A DNA stretch of 32,000 bases from Horticoccus luteus (GCF_019464535.1 NZ_CP080507.1:1320001-1352000); one strand, 5' to 3'. Shown: positions 1-10,980, numbered from the stretch's first letter. Numbers and translations are program-made. Notes: generated from the sequence alone by a model not told the origin.

Positions 1-1843
1 CTTCGCCGAGGCGCTCGAAGATTTTGGCGGCGTCGTGGATCGGGACGGTCGAAGCGAAATCGAAATCGACGCTTTCCCATTCGCCGTTGGCGGCATTGAC
101 GCGACGGGTGAAGGTGCCGCGCGCGCCAGCGGTGTCGCGACTGAGCACGAGTTCCAAGCCGTCGTAAAAATCGGGGCGCACAAAGAGGCGCGTGTGCACG
201 TGGGCGAAGGGCACGGCGCGGATGGCGGCGTCGGCACCATCGGCAAGCACGAAGACGTGAGAGAGATCCGCTTCGCCCCAGCGGCCTTGCACATCGACGT
301 CGGCGGAGGGAGGCGGGCCGGGGAACGCGAAATTTGCGAAGAAGTTGTCCCACCAGTCGTGGAACCAAGGAGAAATTTGGCGCGGCCGAAGTCGTCCGCG
401 CAGGAGAAAGCGATAATCCCGCGACGTGAGGTTGCCTGTGTAGCTGCCGCGCGCCTCCTGATCGCCCAGTTGGAGAATGATGTCGCTGGCCGTGAAATCG
501 CCGTCGCGGAACAGAAGCCCGGCGCTGGCGCGCGCGAGTGGCACGCCGTGAAAATCGAGGTTGCGCGCGTCGAGCCGACCGGTGGCCTGCACGAGCTTGG
601 GGCCCGGGCCGAATTCCGCTTCGAGCTGCACGGCGGCGGGAGGGCCGAGGGCGATCCACGCGGTGAGATCGTGGCCGAGTTTTTCGCCGACGTTGGCAAT
701 CCATGCCGCGGGCACAGAGGTTTCGAGGGCGACGTGGCCGGTGCGGCGTCGCCAATCTCCGCCACCGGCGAGGACTACGGGCGCTTCGAGCACGCGGGCG
801 TTGAGCGAGCCGCCGACCTCGTCGCCGTCGATGGCGAGCGTCGCGAAGGGGGCTTCAATGCGGTAGCCGCGAAAGGTGGTTTCGGCGGCGGCAAATTCGA
901 GGCCGCGAGGTTGCAAATCGGACCAGCGTTCGGCGGGGGCGGCCTGCCCGCGCAGCCACACGCGTTTCGCGGAAGCGGCGAGAGCGGGAAGATCGACGCC
1001 GGCCGTGCTTACTTCGAAATGGAGACCATTGGGGGCGCCGGTGAACGAGAACGAAGACTGGGCGCGCAGCGGGCCGGTGTGGATTTCCTGCGGCGCGAGA
1101 ACCATCATGCCGCGCGCGTGGAGCGTCGCGGTGACGAAGGCGATGCGGGTATCGGAGGGCTCAAGTTCCAAGTGCAGGTCGGGCTGCTGCAGCGTGCCGA
1201 GGTGCCCGGAGAGTTCGGCGAGGCGGCGACTGAGCGTGGGAAAATAATGCGCGATCGCGTCGGCGAGGTTCTGGCGAGGCGACGAGGATTTGGCGGAGCG
1301 CAATTGCAGTGCGCCGCGGGCGGTGAGACGCAGATTGGCGATCTGCGCGGTGAATTGATCGATCGAGAGCAGCAAGCCATCGCGGCGCAGCGTGCAGTCG
1401 GCGTTGCGCAGCAACGGTTCGGCGGCGCCCGAGGGAGAAAACATCGCGGGCGTGAGGACTTCGAGGCCGGTGGCGCGCACGAGGCGTGGTTCGAAGCGGC
1501 CGACGAGGAGCGTCCACGGATCGAGTTCCACGAAGACGGCGCGACTGGTGAGCACAGGGTCGTGAATCGTGGTGGTGGAAAGCGCGACGTGCTCGAAGAG
1601 GATGCGGCCGGTGGGATCGAAGGTGGCGTGTTTGAAGGTGGCGACGACGTGGGCCGCGGCGAGGCGTTCCTCCATGGCGCGCAGCACGAACGCGGGCACG
1701 GCGAATTCGCGTTGCACGGCGATATGAATCTGCACGCCGAGGAGCACGACGAGGAGGAGCCAGAGCGTCCAGATGACGAAGGAGCAGACGCAGGACCAAC
1801 AGATGCGCCCGGCCGCGCCGCAGAGTTGCCGCCACGATTTCAT
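1..1843 (-). CDS. Large membrane-anchored protein, N-terminal ~614 codons only; the 3' end lies beyond the window. AsmA/YhdP-like is a guess.
   Basis: Absent from the ORF track because it has no in-window stop. The ATG at 1843-1841 (reverse complement) opens a frame that I scanned codon by codon; there is no tta/cta/tca in that phase down to base 1. Hand translation starts MKSWRQLCGAAGRICWSCVCSFVIWTLWLLLVVLL (hydrophobic anchor) and reads ...GTFTRRVNAANGEWESVDFDFASTVPIHDAAKIFERLGE at the edge. Third codon positions are G/C-rich, unlike the antisense ORF 35..2167(+). It lies 54 nt downstream of the DUF4340-like gene on the same strand. Confidence 0.75.
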   Translation of the reverse strand, partial: MKSWRQLCGAAGRICWSCVCSFVIWTLWLLLVVLLGVQIHIAVQREFAVPAFVLRAMEERLAAAHVVATFKHATFDPTGRILFEHVALSTTTIHDPVLTSRAVFVELDPWTLLVGRFEPRLVRATGLEVLTPAMFSPSGAAEPLLRNADCTLRRDGLLLSIDQFTAQIANLRLTARGALQLRSAKSSSPRQNLADAIAHYFPTLSRRLAELSGHLGTLQQPDLHLELEPSDTRIAFVTATLHARGMMVLAPQEIHTGPLRAQSSFSFTGAPNGLHFEVSTAGVDLPALAASAKRVWLRGQAAPAERWSDLQPRGLEFAAAETTFRGYRIEAPFATLAIDGDEVGGSLNARVLEAPVVLAGGGDWRRRTGHVALETSVPAAWIANVGEKLGHDLTAWIALGPPAAVQLEAEFGPGPKLVQATGRLDARNLDFHGVPLARASAGLLFRDGDFTASDIILQLGDQEARGSYTGNLTSRDYRFLLRGRLRPRQISPWFHDWWDNFFANFAFPGPPPSADVDVQGRWGEADLSHVFVLADGADAAIRAVPFAHVHTRLFVRPDFYDGLELVLSRDTAGARGTFTRRVNAANGEWESVDFDFASTVPIHDAAKIFERLGE

Positions 1844-1897
1844 GGCAGCAGCGGCGTGGAACGAGCGGCGAAAGCGGCCGGGAACATGACGGCGCGA

Positions 1898-3859
1898 TCA
1901 GGGCTTCGGGGCGGGCGAGGGACCGGGATCGCGCGAGCCGTAAGTGAGCGTCCACAGGGCGTCGAGGAACGGTTGTTCAACGGCGAAGACGGCGCCAAAT
2001 TCAGCGGAGCCGGCGAGCTGGGTGGTGCCGCCGATGCGTTCGGTGAGGTCGAGGGTGGTGGTGCTGGCTTGTTCGCCGCCGACGCCGCCGACGAGGGAAA
2101 TGGTGGCGGTGAGTTCGTATTTCCAGGGGCGGTTTTCGCCGCCGGAGAAGACGGAGGTGGGGAATGAATCGAGGACGAACTCCCGCGCGCGCAGCGTGCG
2201 GAGTTGATCGAGCAACGTCTGCACGGCGGTGCGGCGGGCGTCGGTTTCGCTCGCGAGGGCGGCGGCCCATTTTTCGTCGGGCTTGAGTTCGCGCGAGTAA
2301 ATGACGGCGCCATCGGGCAGCGATTTGAGCGTGATCGCGGTGAGGCGGGCGCCGGGCGGGAGGGCGCGAAGGAGGCGGTCGCGGTAATGCAGCGGGTCGG
2401 GCGTCGTTTCCGGGAGAATTTCCGGATCGACGAGGTAGACGAAGGGCGCGTTGGCGAGGCGGGCGTAGGCGCGACCGTCGCGATTGCCGCTGGTGCCGAT
2501 TTGCAATTTGGGCAGCGGGGGCGCGGGGTTGATGCCGGTGGCGGCGGCGGTCGTCAGGGTGATTTCGCGTTCGGGGCGGTTGAAGCCCCAGTTTTCCAAA
2601 TCGGCGGCGCTGGGGGCGTCGCTGACGAATCCGGAGGTGGAGCCGTCGGCGCTGCGTTGGGCGGAGAGGTGGGTGAGTTGCTCGAGCAGGCGTTGGACGA
2701 GTTTGGGGTCGGCGGGCTGGGTCTGCGAGCCACCGGCGGCGCGGCGGACGAGCTGCCAGGCACTGGCGTCGATGTCGCGTTGCAACACGAGGTCGGGCTG
2801 GTTGGGCGCGGAGATCGTGACGGCGGTGATGCCGTTGGGATCGAAGTCGAGGAGGCGGCGTTCGCGGAGGGTTTCCTGGGCGTTGCGCAAGGTGTCGAGG
2901 AGCGGGCGCGGGAGTTTGACGGTGAAGAGGGCGTTGCGGTCTTCGAGTTGGGCGTAGTATTCGACGCTGTCTTGTGTGGAGGTGGCCGCCGCAGCGCTGA
3001 CGGGGTCGCCGAGGAGAAGGGTTTCGCGTCGGCTGTTGCCCTCGAGCGTGAGGCGCAGGGAGGGGTTGGCGGCGGGCGCGTTTTCGGTGCTGCCGCGGGG
3101 GAGGAAGTTGACGACGCGGAGGGCGTTCAGGCTGTTGATCGCGAGTTCCGTGGCGGACTTGCTGGCGCGGGTGAGGATGGGCGTCTCGAAGGACCAGCGG
3201 TTGCCGTCGCGGCGGATGCGGATGCGGAGATTGGCGGGCGGGGCGGTCTGGAGGTTGAGCGAACGCACCTCAAAGACGGGGATGGTGAAAATGGTTTCGG
3301 CGCGAAGTTGGTCGGCGGGAATGGAGAGGCTGTCGGCGAGGGTGCGACTGACGACGTGCACGCGCTGGCCGTCGGGCGAGAGGACGTAGAGGCGGTTGCC
3401 GACGTTGGTGGCGTCGCCAATCAGAAGGGTGATGGGTTTCGCGGCGCCGCCGGCGGCGGTGGAATCGCCGGAGGTGAAGCGGACGGTGAGCGAAGGATGG
3501 TCGAGGCCGTAGTCGGCGAGGGACTGGTTGTTTTGCGCGAGGTCTTTGACGGCGAAACTGGTCTCATGCTCGAGAAACTGGAGTTCGTTGAGGATGCGGC
3601 TGACGGCGTTGGGATTGGCGGGCCAGTCGATGGGCGAGGTGAGATACCAGCCGTCGGCGCGGCGTTGGAGGCTGACGTTGCGGGCGGGGTTGGTGCTGGT
3701 GATTTCGAGGGAGCGGATGTCGGCGGCCTCGGGGCCGAGGACGAGGCGGCGGGCTTCGAGGGAGGCGCGTTCGGTGCGCCAGCCGCGTTCGAAATTGAAG
3801 ATGAAAAAGAACAGCGCGACGTTCAGAAAAATGAGGACGAGCGTGACTTTGGTGCGCAT
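1898..3859 (-). CDS. DUF4340-like membrane-anchored protein (GldG-associated accessory protein)
   Basis: 653-aa ORF with an N-terminal TM helix (MRTKVTLVLIFLNVALFFFIF) and normal composition. It sits 15 nt downstream of the GldG-like gene, the usual ABC/GldG/DUF4340 arrangement. The family name is from memory of that synteny, not from a search. Confidence 0.75.
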   Translation of the reverse strand: MRTKVTLVLIFLNVALFFFIFNFERGWRTERASLEARRLVLGPEAADIRSLEITSTNPARNVSLQRRADGWYLTSPIDWPANPNAVSRILNELQFLEHETSFAVKDLAQNNQSLADYGLDHPSLTVRFTSGDSTAAGGAAKPITLLIGDATNVGNRLYVLSPDGQRVHVVSRTLADSLSIPADQLRAETIFTIPVFEVRSLNLQTAPPANLRIRIRRDGNRWSFETPILTRASKSATELAINSLNALRVVNFLPRGSTENAPAANPSLRLTLEGNSRRETLLLGDPVSAAAATSTQDSVEYYAQLEDRNALFTVKLPRPLLDTLRNAQETLRERRLLDFDPNGITAVTISAPNQPDLVLQRDIDASAWQLVRRAAGGSQTQPADPKLVQRLLEQLTHLSAQRSADGSTSGFVSDAPSAADLENWGFNRPEREITLTTAAATGINPAPPLPKLQIGTSGNRDGRAYARLANAPFVYLVDPEILPETTPDPLHYRDRLLRALPPGARLTAITLKSLPDGAVIYSRELKPDEKWAAALASETDARRTAVQTLLDQLRTLRAREFVLDSFPTSVFSGGENRPWKYELTATISLVGGVGGEQASTTTLDLTERIGGTTQLAGSAEFGAVFAVEQPFLDALWTLTYGSRDPGPSPAPKP

Positions 3860-3874
3860 GCGGAGAGGAGTGGT

Positions 3875-5368
3875 TTAGTTGCGACGCGACCAGTAAACGG
3901 CGAGGCCGAGAAGGGCGGCGATACCGGGCAGGACGAGCAGGATGCAGTAGCGGAGGCGAACGAGATCCTGTTGTGAAAGGGAAAGTTGGAAGCGCTCGAT
4001 GGGGCGGGCGGGGACGTTGAGCTGGGTGTCGCGATCGACGGCCCAGTTCACCGCGCCGAGGAAGATGTTCAAGTTGCCGGCGTTGACGATGCGGGTGTTG
4101 GAGACGAGGTCGCCGGTGCCGAAGACGACGAGGCGGCCGCCGCGCACGCTGAAGGGGAGGTTGTCGCGCACCTGCACGCGTTCGGAGGCGACGGCGACGC
4201 CGAGGCGGTTGGGCGGATCGAGCGCGGGAATGCCTTTGAGGTCGATGCCGGGGTTGTATTCCGGCGTGCGGGAGACGCGGTAGCTGCGTTCGCCCCAGGC
4301 GGTGGGCGCGGTGGCGGCGAGCGTGGTGACGGTGACGTTGTTACCGGGCGCGCGCGCGGGATCGGGCCGGATGCTGCGGCAGAGTCCCAGGCGCAGGCCG
4401 ATTTTGTAATCGAGCAAGGTCTGCGTGATGGGGTGCGGGGCGAAGTCGCGGATGATGAGGTCGCCGTTGTCGGCAAAGCTGCTGGGACTGGTGTCAGCGA
4501 TGAGGACGTCGTCGGCGAGCACGCCCCAATCGAAGAGGAGGTTGTCGAGGCCGGCCTCGACCGCGGGCGGCAGCAGGAGGATGAGGCGGCCGGCGTGTTC
4601 GCTGAGGAACTGGCGGAGGAGCTCTTCCTCGAAGGGAGCGTAGCGGCCTTGCGGCGCGGCGATGATGAGGAGGGAGGCATCATCGGGGACCTTGCGCGTG
4701 ACGTTGAGATCGAGGAGTTCGACCTTGAAATTGCGTTCCCGAAGCTGGTCGGCGGCGGCGGAGAGTCCGCGGACGGGGTCGACGTCGTCGGGGCGGAGTT
4801 CACCGTGGCCGGTCAGAAAATAGATCTTCTTGTGCTCGGGGTTGGAGACGTCGAGGAGGCCGGCGGTGATCGCCTGTTCGCCGCGGAAGGCTTTTTTCTC
4901 GCGGTTCTCCACGCGGTAAAGGTCGCCGGCGGAGATGGCGGTGCGTTCGTCGCCGCAGATGAGGACGATCTGGTTGGGTTGATCGATGCCGAGCTGCTCA
5001 GCTTCGCGGCGACGTTGGTAGACATCGAAGTAGTCCACGGCGATGCGGCCGTTGGGATTTGATTCGCTGGCGTAAACGTATTCGCGGAGCAGGCCGGAAA
5101 CATCGCGGTAGGCCTGGGCGATGTCGGGGTTTTCGGCGTCTTCCGAAAAAGTCACCACGATGTGCACCGGCCGCGGGAGGTTTTTGACGTAGGAGAGCGT
5201 TTCGGGCGAGAGCGAGTAACGGCGGTGGGCGGTGAGGTCGTAGCGGAGGGGGTAGTTGCGGGCGAGGTAGTTGAGGCCACCGAAGAGCGTAAGGAACAGG
5301 ATCGCCTGCAGCACCAGGTTGACGGTGCGCAACCAGCGGGCGGCGCGGAAGCTTTCGAAAAAGGCCAT
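3875..5368 (-). CDS. GldG-like auxiliary component of an ABC-type transport system
   Basis: 497-aa ORF. N-terminal TM helix followed by YPLRYDLTAHRRYSLSPETL, and a C-terminal TM helix (ILLVLPGIAALLGLAVYW), both typical of the GldG family. It directly follows the ABC-2 permease. Confidence 0.8.
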   Translation of the reverse strand: MAFFESFRAARWLRTVNLVLQAILFLTLFGGLNYLARNYPLRYDLTAHRRYSLSPETLSYVKNLPRPVHIVVTFSEDAENPDIAQAYRDVSGLLREYVYASESNPNGRIAVDYFDVYQRRREAEQLGIDQPNQIVLICGDERTAISAGDLYRVENREKKAFRGEQAITAGLLDVSNPEHKKIYFLTGHGELRPDDVDPVRGLSAAADQLRERNFKVELLDLNVTRKVPDDASLLIIAAPQGRYAPFEEELLRQFLSEHAGRLILLLPPAVEAGLDNLLFDWGVLADDVLIADTSPSSFADNGDLIIRDFAPHPITQTLLDYKIGLRLGLCRSIRPDPARAPGNNVTVTTLAATAPTAWGERSYRVSRTPEYNPGIDLKGIPALDPPNRLGVAVASERVQVRDNLPFSVRGGRLVVFGTGDLVSNTRIVNAGNLNIFLGAVNWAVDRDTQLNVPARPIERFQLSLSQQDLVRLRYCILLVLPGIAALLGLAVYWSRRN

Positions 5369-5374
5369 GGGGCG

Positions 5375-6136
5375 TCAGCTATGGAGCAATTTGGCTTCGA
5401 CGCCGAGGATGCTGAAAATCAGGACCAGCACCGTGCCGCTGAGGTAAAAAAGGATCTGGCGGGTGTCGACGACGCCGCGCGTGAAGTCTTCGAGGTGTTG
5501 GAAAATCTGGGCGTATTCGACCGCGCTTTTGACCGGAGAGAGGACATCGCGGTTGAGCCATTGGGCTTGGGCGAGAAAATTGGTGCCGACGATCAACGCG
5601 AAAATCATGGTGAAACCGAGAATGCCGGCGACGGCTTGGTTGCGCGACAGCGAGCTGGCGAAAATACCGATCGCGATGAACAGGAGGCCCGACACCGCCA
5701 CGAAGAGAAATCCGCCGACGAGCGGGCCGGGGTCGAGGAAGTGGTCATCGCCGGCGAAACGCGAGAGGATGTAAAAAAAGCCGCCGGTGGAGGACCACAG
5801 CAGCATGTAGAGGAAGTAGGCGGCGCCGTATTTGCCGAGGACGACCTCGGTGGTGGTGACGGGGGTGGTGAGGAGCGTCTCGATGGTGCCGAGGCGGCGC
5901 TCCTCGGCGAGCGACTTCATGGTGAGCAGAGGCACCATGAAGAAAACGGGGAGCCAGAAGGACTGGAAAAACATCTGGGCGGGCGAGGTTTCCTGCGGGG
6001 CCTTGCTGAAGGCCTCGAGGATGCCCGTGAACATGAAGCCCATCACGGCGAGAAAAAGCGTGGCGGCGATGTAGGTGCTCGGGTTGACCAGCAGCATGCG
6101 GATCTCGTGGCTGAGCAGGGTGAGAAAATGCTTCAT
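5375..6136 (-). CDS. ABC-2 type transporter permease (GldF-like)
   Basis: Polytopic hydrophobic protein. I trimmed the start to the ATG at 6136 (MKHFLTLLSHEIRMLLVNPSTYIAATLF...), 1 nt after the ATPase stop codon (6138-6140). The longer track ORF (to 6223) would overlap the ATPase gene. Confidence 0.8.
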   Translation of the reverse strand: MKHFLTLLSHEIRMLLVNPSTYIAATLFLAVMGFMFTGILEAFSKAPQETSPAQMFFQSFWLPVFFMVPLLTMKSLAEERRLGTIETLLTTPVTTTEVVLGKYGAAYFLYMLLWSSTGGFFYILSRFAGDDHFLDPGPLVGGFLFVAVSGLLFIAIGIFASSLSRNQAVAGILGFTMIFALIVGTNFLAQAQWLNRDVLSPVKSAVEYAQIFQHLEDFTRGVVDTRQILFYLSGTVLVLIFSILGVEAKLLHS

Positions 6137-6137
6137 G

Positions 6138-7130
<993 letters not shown>

Positions 7131-7162
7131 TGGCAGCAGCTTCAGCCGGTGGACGGCGGCGC

Positions 7163-8014
7163 TCAACTTTCTTTCTCGATGGTGACTTCGCCGGCGCGGA
7201 ACGGGCGCAAGCGGCCGCGGGCGTCGCGGAGGAGAAGGGAGCCCTCGTCATCGATGCCGGCGGCGAGGCCGGCGAAACGTTGCTCGCCTTGCAGCACGGC
7301 AATCGCGCGGCCGCGCAACGTGTCGTAACGCTGCCAGCGCTCGGCGAAGGCGGCGGGAGCATCGCCATCGAGGAAGCGGCGGTAATCGAGCAGGGTGCGA
7401 CCGATGAGGGCGGCGGCGAAGCGATTGAGGTCGAGCGGGGCGCGGGCCTGTTCGCCGAGCGAAGTGGCGCGGCGGCGGAGATCGGCGGGCCAATCGCCGG
7501 GGGAGGTGTTGACGTTGAGGCCGAGGCCGAAGACGAGCTCGTGAATCAGATCGGCGTCGATGCGCGCTTCAGTGAGGACGCCGCCGGCTTTGCGCCCGTC
7601 GAACACGATATCGTTGGGCCACTTGATGCCCGGCGAGAGGCCGGCGAAATGGTGGATGAGTTCGCAGACGCCGAGGCCCATCCAGAGCGTGAACGTGCTC
7701 ATGTGGGAGGGCGGGATTTGCGGGCGAAACGCGAAGCTGGCGTAGATGTTGCCTTGATTTTCACTGTGCCACGCGCGGCCGAAGCGACCGCGGCCGGCAA
7801 TCTGGCGACGGGCGAAAACGGCGAAGGGCGCGGGGCGGCCGGCGGCGAGCAGGCGGGTGGCCTCGGAGTTGGTGCTATCGATCTCATCGAGAATGATGAG
7901 CGGGCATTCGCGCGCGCGGCCTTTTTGCAGCGCGCGGATGGCGTGAATCGAAAGCGTGTCGGGCACGGACCGAGTGACCGCGGGAGCGGCCGAGATGTCG
8001 AACGCGAAGTGCAC
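7163..8014 (-). CDS. birA: Biotin--[acetyl-CoA-carboxylase] ligase, class I (no N-terminal HTH)
   Basis: IDSTNSEA, the GRGRFGRAWHS biotin-binding loop and KWPNDI motifs. The GTG start at 8014 is uncertain. Confidence 0.85.
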   Translation of the reverse strand: MHFAFDISAAPAVTRSVPDTLSIHAIRALQKGRARECPLIILDEIDSTNSEATRLLAAGRPAPFAVFARRQIAGRGRFGRAWHSENQGNIYASFAFRPQIPPSHMSTFTLWMGLGVCELIHHFAGLSPGIKWPNDIVFDGRKAGGVLTEARIDADLIHELVFGLGLNVNTSPGDWPADLRRRATSLGEQARAPLDLNRFAAALIGRTLLDYRRFLDGDAPAAFAERWQRYDTLRGRAIAVLQGEQRFAGLAAGIDDEGSLLLRDARGRLRPFRAGEVTIEKES

Positions 8015-8056
8015 AGGAGCGGTCCGCCGACGGTTGCGAAACGCGGCGATGAAGAC

Positions 8057-8368
8057 ATGATGGCGCGCATGACGTTCGAAGAATTTACGAACGCGGCCGC
8101 GCCGGCGGGTTGGCCGCCGCCGCTGGAGGCGTTATGGCACGAGCAGCGAGGGGATTGGGAGCGGGCGCATCAGGCGGCGCAAGCGGACCACGGGGCGGCG
8201 GCGGCGTGGGTGCATGCTTATCTGCACCGCGTGGAAGGCGATGAGGGCAACGCCGCGTATTGGTATCGGCGGGCCGGGAAGTCTCTGCCGCCCGCGGGCA
8301 CCGCCTGGGCCGAGGAGCGCGCGGCGATTGCGCGGGCGTTGCTGGCGGATCCGGTGCGTGGATCGTAG
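8057..8368 (+). CDS. Small conserved hypothetical protein (~103 aa)
   Basis: C-terminal part of track ORF 7130..8368. Normal composition begins at the ATGs at 8057, 8060 and 8069 (MMARMTFEEFTNAAAPAGWPPPLEALWHEQRGDWERAH...AWVHAYLHRVEGDEGNAAYWYRRAG). Everything upstream in that ORF is antisense to birA and the ABC ATPase gene. Confidence 0.6.
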   Translation: MMARMTFEEFTNAAAPAGWPPPLEALWHEQRGDWERAHQAAQADHGAAAAWVHAYLHRVEGDEGNAAYWYRRAGKSLPPAGTAWAEERAAIARALLADPVRGS

Positions 8369-8432
8369 GCCGCGGAGGGGGCGGTCGGCGGCGAGGGCAT
8401 GCCGCGGGGGCGCGGAGCGCGAGCGCTGCGTC

Positions 8433-9017
8433 TTACTTGTCGGTCGGCGCGCCGAAACCGCCGTCGCGCGAGAAGGCGCGGTTGGTCTGGCGTTTGATGT
8501 AGTCGGCTTCCGCGGTGTCGCCGGAGCGACGGGCGTCCTGCGCGTCTTCCTTGAGGTCGGAGATGTTCTTTTTGCGTTCGTCCTCTTGATACATGAGGAG
8601 GGCGACGCCGCGATTCATGCCGGAAAGCGGCACGTAGCTCAGGCCGGCGTAGCGCTGCATGGCGATGTCCATGAGTTCGCTTTGCGTGTGGAGATCGCGT
8701 TCGCGAAACACCTCCGGTTTTTTCTGCTGCACGACGTATTTAGGCAGACGGATGATGCCGTTGCGGGGTTTGTCTTCGTCGCGCAAGTCCACGTTCTCTT
8801 CCTCGGGCTTCGGCTTCGGCGGCGGGTTGTATTTGGGCATGCTCGCGGCGAGCGCGGCGGCGACGTCGCCGGAGATGGCGCGCTGGCGCTTGGGTGCGGG
8901 TTGGCCCGAGGTGACGGGCTCAGCGGGCGGAGCGGCGACGGGGGATTGAGCGAGGAGGCTGGCGCCGGGGACAACCGCCAGGGCGGCGAACAGGGAGACG
9001 AGCGCGGGCGTTTTCAT
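8433..9017 (-). CDS. Secreted hypothetical protein with a Pro/Lys/Glu-rich linker
   Basis: The ATG at 9017 gives MKTPALVSLFAALAVVPGASLLAQSP, a signal-peptide-like N-terminus. I recognise no family. Confidence 0.6.
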   Translation of the reverse strand: MKTPALVSLFAALAVVPGASLLAQSPVAAPPAEPVTSGQPAPKRQRAISGDVAAALAASMPKYNPPPKPKPEEENVDLRDEDKPRNGIIRLPKYVVQQKKPEVFRERDLHTQSELMDIAMQRYAGLSYVPLSGMNRGVALLMYQEDERKKNISDLKEDAQDARRSGDTAEADYIKRQTNRAFSRDGGFGAPTDK

Positions 9018-9104
9018 AAGGGGGTGTGACCGGCGTGGTGGGGTGATGTTCAAGCGGAGAACGCACTCGGGCGACGCGCGGGGAGGCGCGCGAGAACGGC
9101 CGGG

Positions 9105-9461
9105 TCAGGCGTCGCGGTGCACGCTCGCGGGGGAGAACGCGGGAAGGCAGATGGCGAGGTATTCGGCGCCGGCGGGCGTGCTGTAGCGGACCCATTCACC
9201 GCGGTGCGCGATGACGGCCTGGCCGGCGGCGACGTCGAGCGTGCCAGTCCGAGATTCGACACGCAGCGTGCCGCCCAGCACGACGGTGAACTCGTCGAAC
9301 GCGGGCGTCTGGCCGGGCTCGACCCAACCGGCGGGGCTCGTCATGCGTGCGATGCTGAGGGCTTCGGTGCGCGAGTTCACGCGGCCGACAAATTCTTCGA
9401 TGCGTTTCGGTGGTTCACCGGCGCCGGGAATAATGGTGGGAGCGGGAATCAGGGTGGGCAT
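9105..9461 (-). CDS. Cupin-domain protein (118 aa)
   Basis: ATG at 9461 (MPTLIPAPTIIPGAGEPPKRIEEFVGRV...). Small beta-barrel-like sequence with GWVEPGQTPAFDEFTVVLGGTLRVE...AHRGEWVRY. The upstream part of track ORF 9105..10073 is Pro/Ser-rich and overlaps proA, so I rejected it. Confidence 0.65.
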   Translation of the reverse strand: MPTLIPAPTIIPGAGEPPKRIEEFVGRVNSRTEALSIARMTSPAGWVEPGQTPAFDEFTVVLGGTLRVESRTGTLDVAAGQAVIAHRGEWVRYSTPAGAEYLAICLPAFSPASVHRDA

Positions 9462-9567
9462 GGGGAGTGGAAATCGGGTATGGTGTGGTGACGGCCGAAT
9501 GTTTCCTGCGTCAAGCGGGCAGGCAGACGAATCCCGCGCCGCGAAGAAGAAGGCTGGCTGAGCCGGA

Positions 9568-10845
9568 TCAGGAGCGCACCTGCCCGTGGCCGGTGACCTG
9601 CCACTTGTAGGAGCAGAGTTCGCGCAGGCCCATGGGACCGCGGGCGTGCAGGCGGTCGGTGCTGATGCCGATCTCGGCGCCGAGGCCGAATTCGAAGCCG
9701 TCGTTGAAGCGCGTGCTGGCGTTCCAGAGGACGGCGGCGCTGTCGACGGCGGCGAGGAAACGGCGGGCGGCGGTTTCGTCGTCGGTGACGATGGCTTCGC
9801 TGTGCGCGGAGCTGTCGCGGTTGATCGTGGCGATGGCGGCGTCGAGCGAATCGACGACGCGCACGGCGAGAATGTAGTCGAGGAACTCCGTGGTGTAATC
9901 GGCGGGGACGGCGGCGGTGTGGGGGAGGTTGGCGGTGGCGAGAATGGCGGCGCTGGCGGGATCGCAGCGGAGCTGGACGTTTTTCGCGGCAACGAGGGCG
10001 CGGGCGAGGCGGGGCAGGAGGGTGGACGCGACGTCGCGGTGGATGAGGAGTTGCTCGGCAGCGTTGCAGACACCGGGGCGCGAAGTCTTCGCGTTGACGA
10101 TGATGTGTTCCGCCATCGCCGCGTCGGCGGCGCGGTCGACGTAGACGAAGCAGACGCCCTTGTAGTGTTTGATGACGGGAATCGTGCTGTTCGCGGTGAC
10201 GAAGCGAATCAGGCTTTCGCCGCCGCGGGGGATGATGCAGTGCACGAGTTCGTCGAGCTTGAGCAGCGTGGTGAGCGCGGCGCGCTCGGTTGTGGGGATA
10301 AGTTGCACGGCATCGGCGGGGAGTCCGGTGGCGGCGAGGGCGGCGGACACGAGCGCGGCGAGGGCGGTGTTGGTGTGGAAGCACTCCTTGCCGCCGCGGA
10401 GGATCGCGGCGTTGCCGGATTTCAGGCAGAGGACGGCGCAGTCGATGGTGACGTTGGGGCGGGCTTCGTAAACGATGCCGATGACGCCGATGGGCACGCG
10501 AATTTTGCGGAGGACGAGGCCGTTGGGGCGGGTGGTTTCCTCGAGGAGTTCGCCGACGGGATCGGGCAATGCGGCGACTTCGCGCACACTGGCGGCGAGC
10601 TGGGCGAGGCGCGCGGGCGTGAGGGTGAGGCGGTCGATCTGCGCGGCGGCGAGGCCGTTTTCGCGGGCGGCGGCGAGGTCTTGACGATTCGCGGCGAGAA
10701 GCGCGTCGGTGGCGGCGGTGAGGCGGCCTGCGAGGTCGAGGAGGGCGGCGTTGCGCGCGCTCGACGGCGTCACGGCGAGCGCGAGCGACGCGGCGCGGGC
10801 GCGTTGAGCGAGGGACGTGACGAGAGCGGCAAGGTCAGCGGACAT
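9568..10845 (-). CDS. proA: Gamma-glutamyl phosphate reductase
   Basis: Typical ProA sequence (VIGIVYEARPNVTIDCAVLCLKSGNAAILRGGKE..., NASTRFNDGFEFGLGAEIGIST). The start is trimmed to the ATG at 10845 (MSADLAALV...). Confidence 0.92.
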   Translation of the reverse strand: MSADLAALVTSLAQRARAASLALAVTPSSARNAALLDLAGRLTAATDALLAANRQDLAAARENGLAAAQIDRLTLTPARLAQLAASVREVAALPDPVGELLEETTRPNGLVLRKIRVPIGVIGIVYEARPNVTIDCAVLCLKSGNAAILRGGKECFHTNTALAALVSAALAATGLPADAVQLIPTTERAALTTLLKLDELVHCIIPRGGESLIRFVTANSTIPVIKHYKGVCFVYVDRAADAAMAEHIIVNAKTSRPGVCNAAEQLLIHRDVASTLLPRLARALVAAKNVQLRCDPASAAILATANLPHTAAVPADYTTEFLDYILAVRVVDSLDAAIATINRDSSAHSEAIVTDDETAARRFLAAVDSAAVLWNASTRFNDGFEFGLGAEIGISTDRLHARGPMGLRELCSYKWQVTGHGQVRS

Positions 10846-10980
10846 GAGCGGTGAATCTCGCAAGATTGCGGCGCAGCGCAAAATGAATTTCGGCGACGCC
10901 GGCGCGGGCGCGGCGAGTCGCGGGGGAGATGGGTGTTCGCTGCGATCCGGCCGCGCGGCGGAGCGCACGGCCCACCGTTG

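Noticed and set aside
35-2167. 710-aa plus-strand ORF. Similar long ORFs occur at 2204..3976(+), 3986..5062(+), 5162..6310(+), 6267..7328(+), 9586..10854(+), 10933..12015(+), 15203..17521(+), 17545..18786(+), 19976..21355(-) and 26889..28220(-).
   Set aside because: These are Gly/Ala/Arg/Glu- or Arg/Pro-dominated low-complexity translations that lie exactly antisense to, or out of frame with, genes bearing clear family motifs. Long stop-free shadow frames of this kind are typical of very GC-rich DNA.
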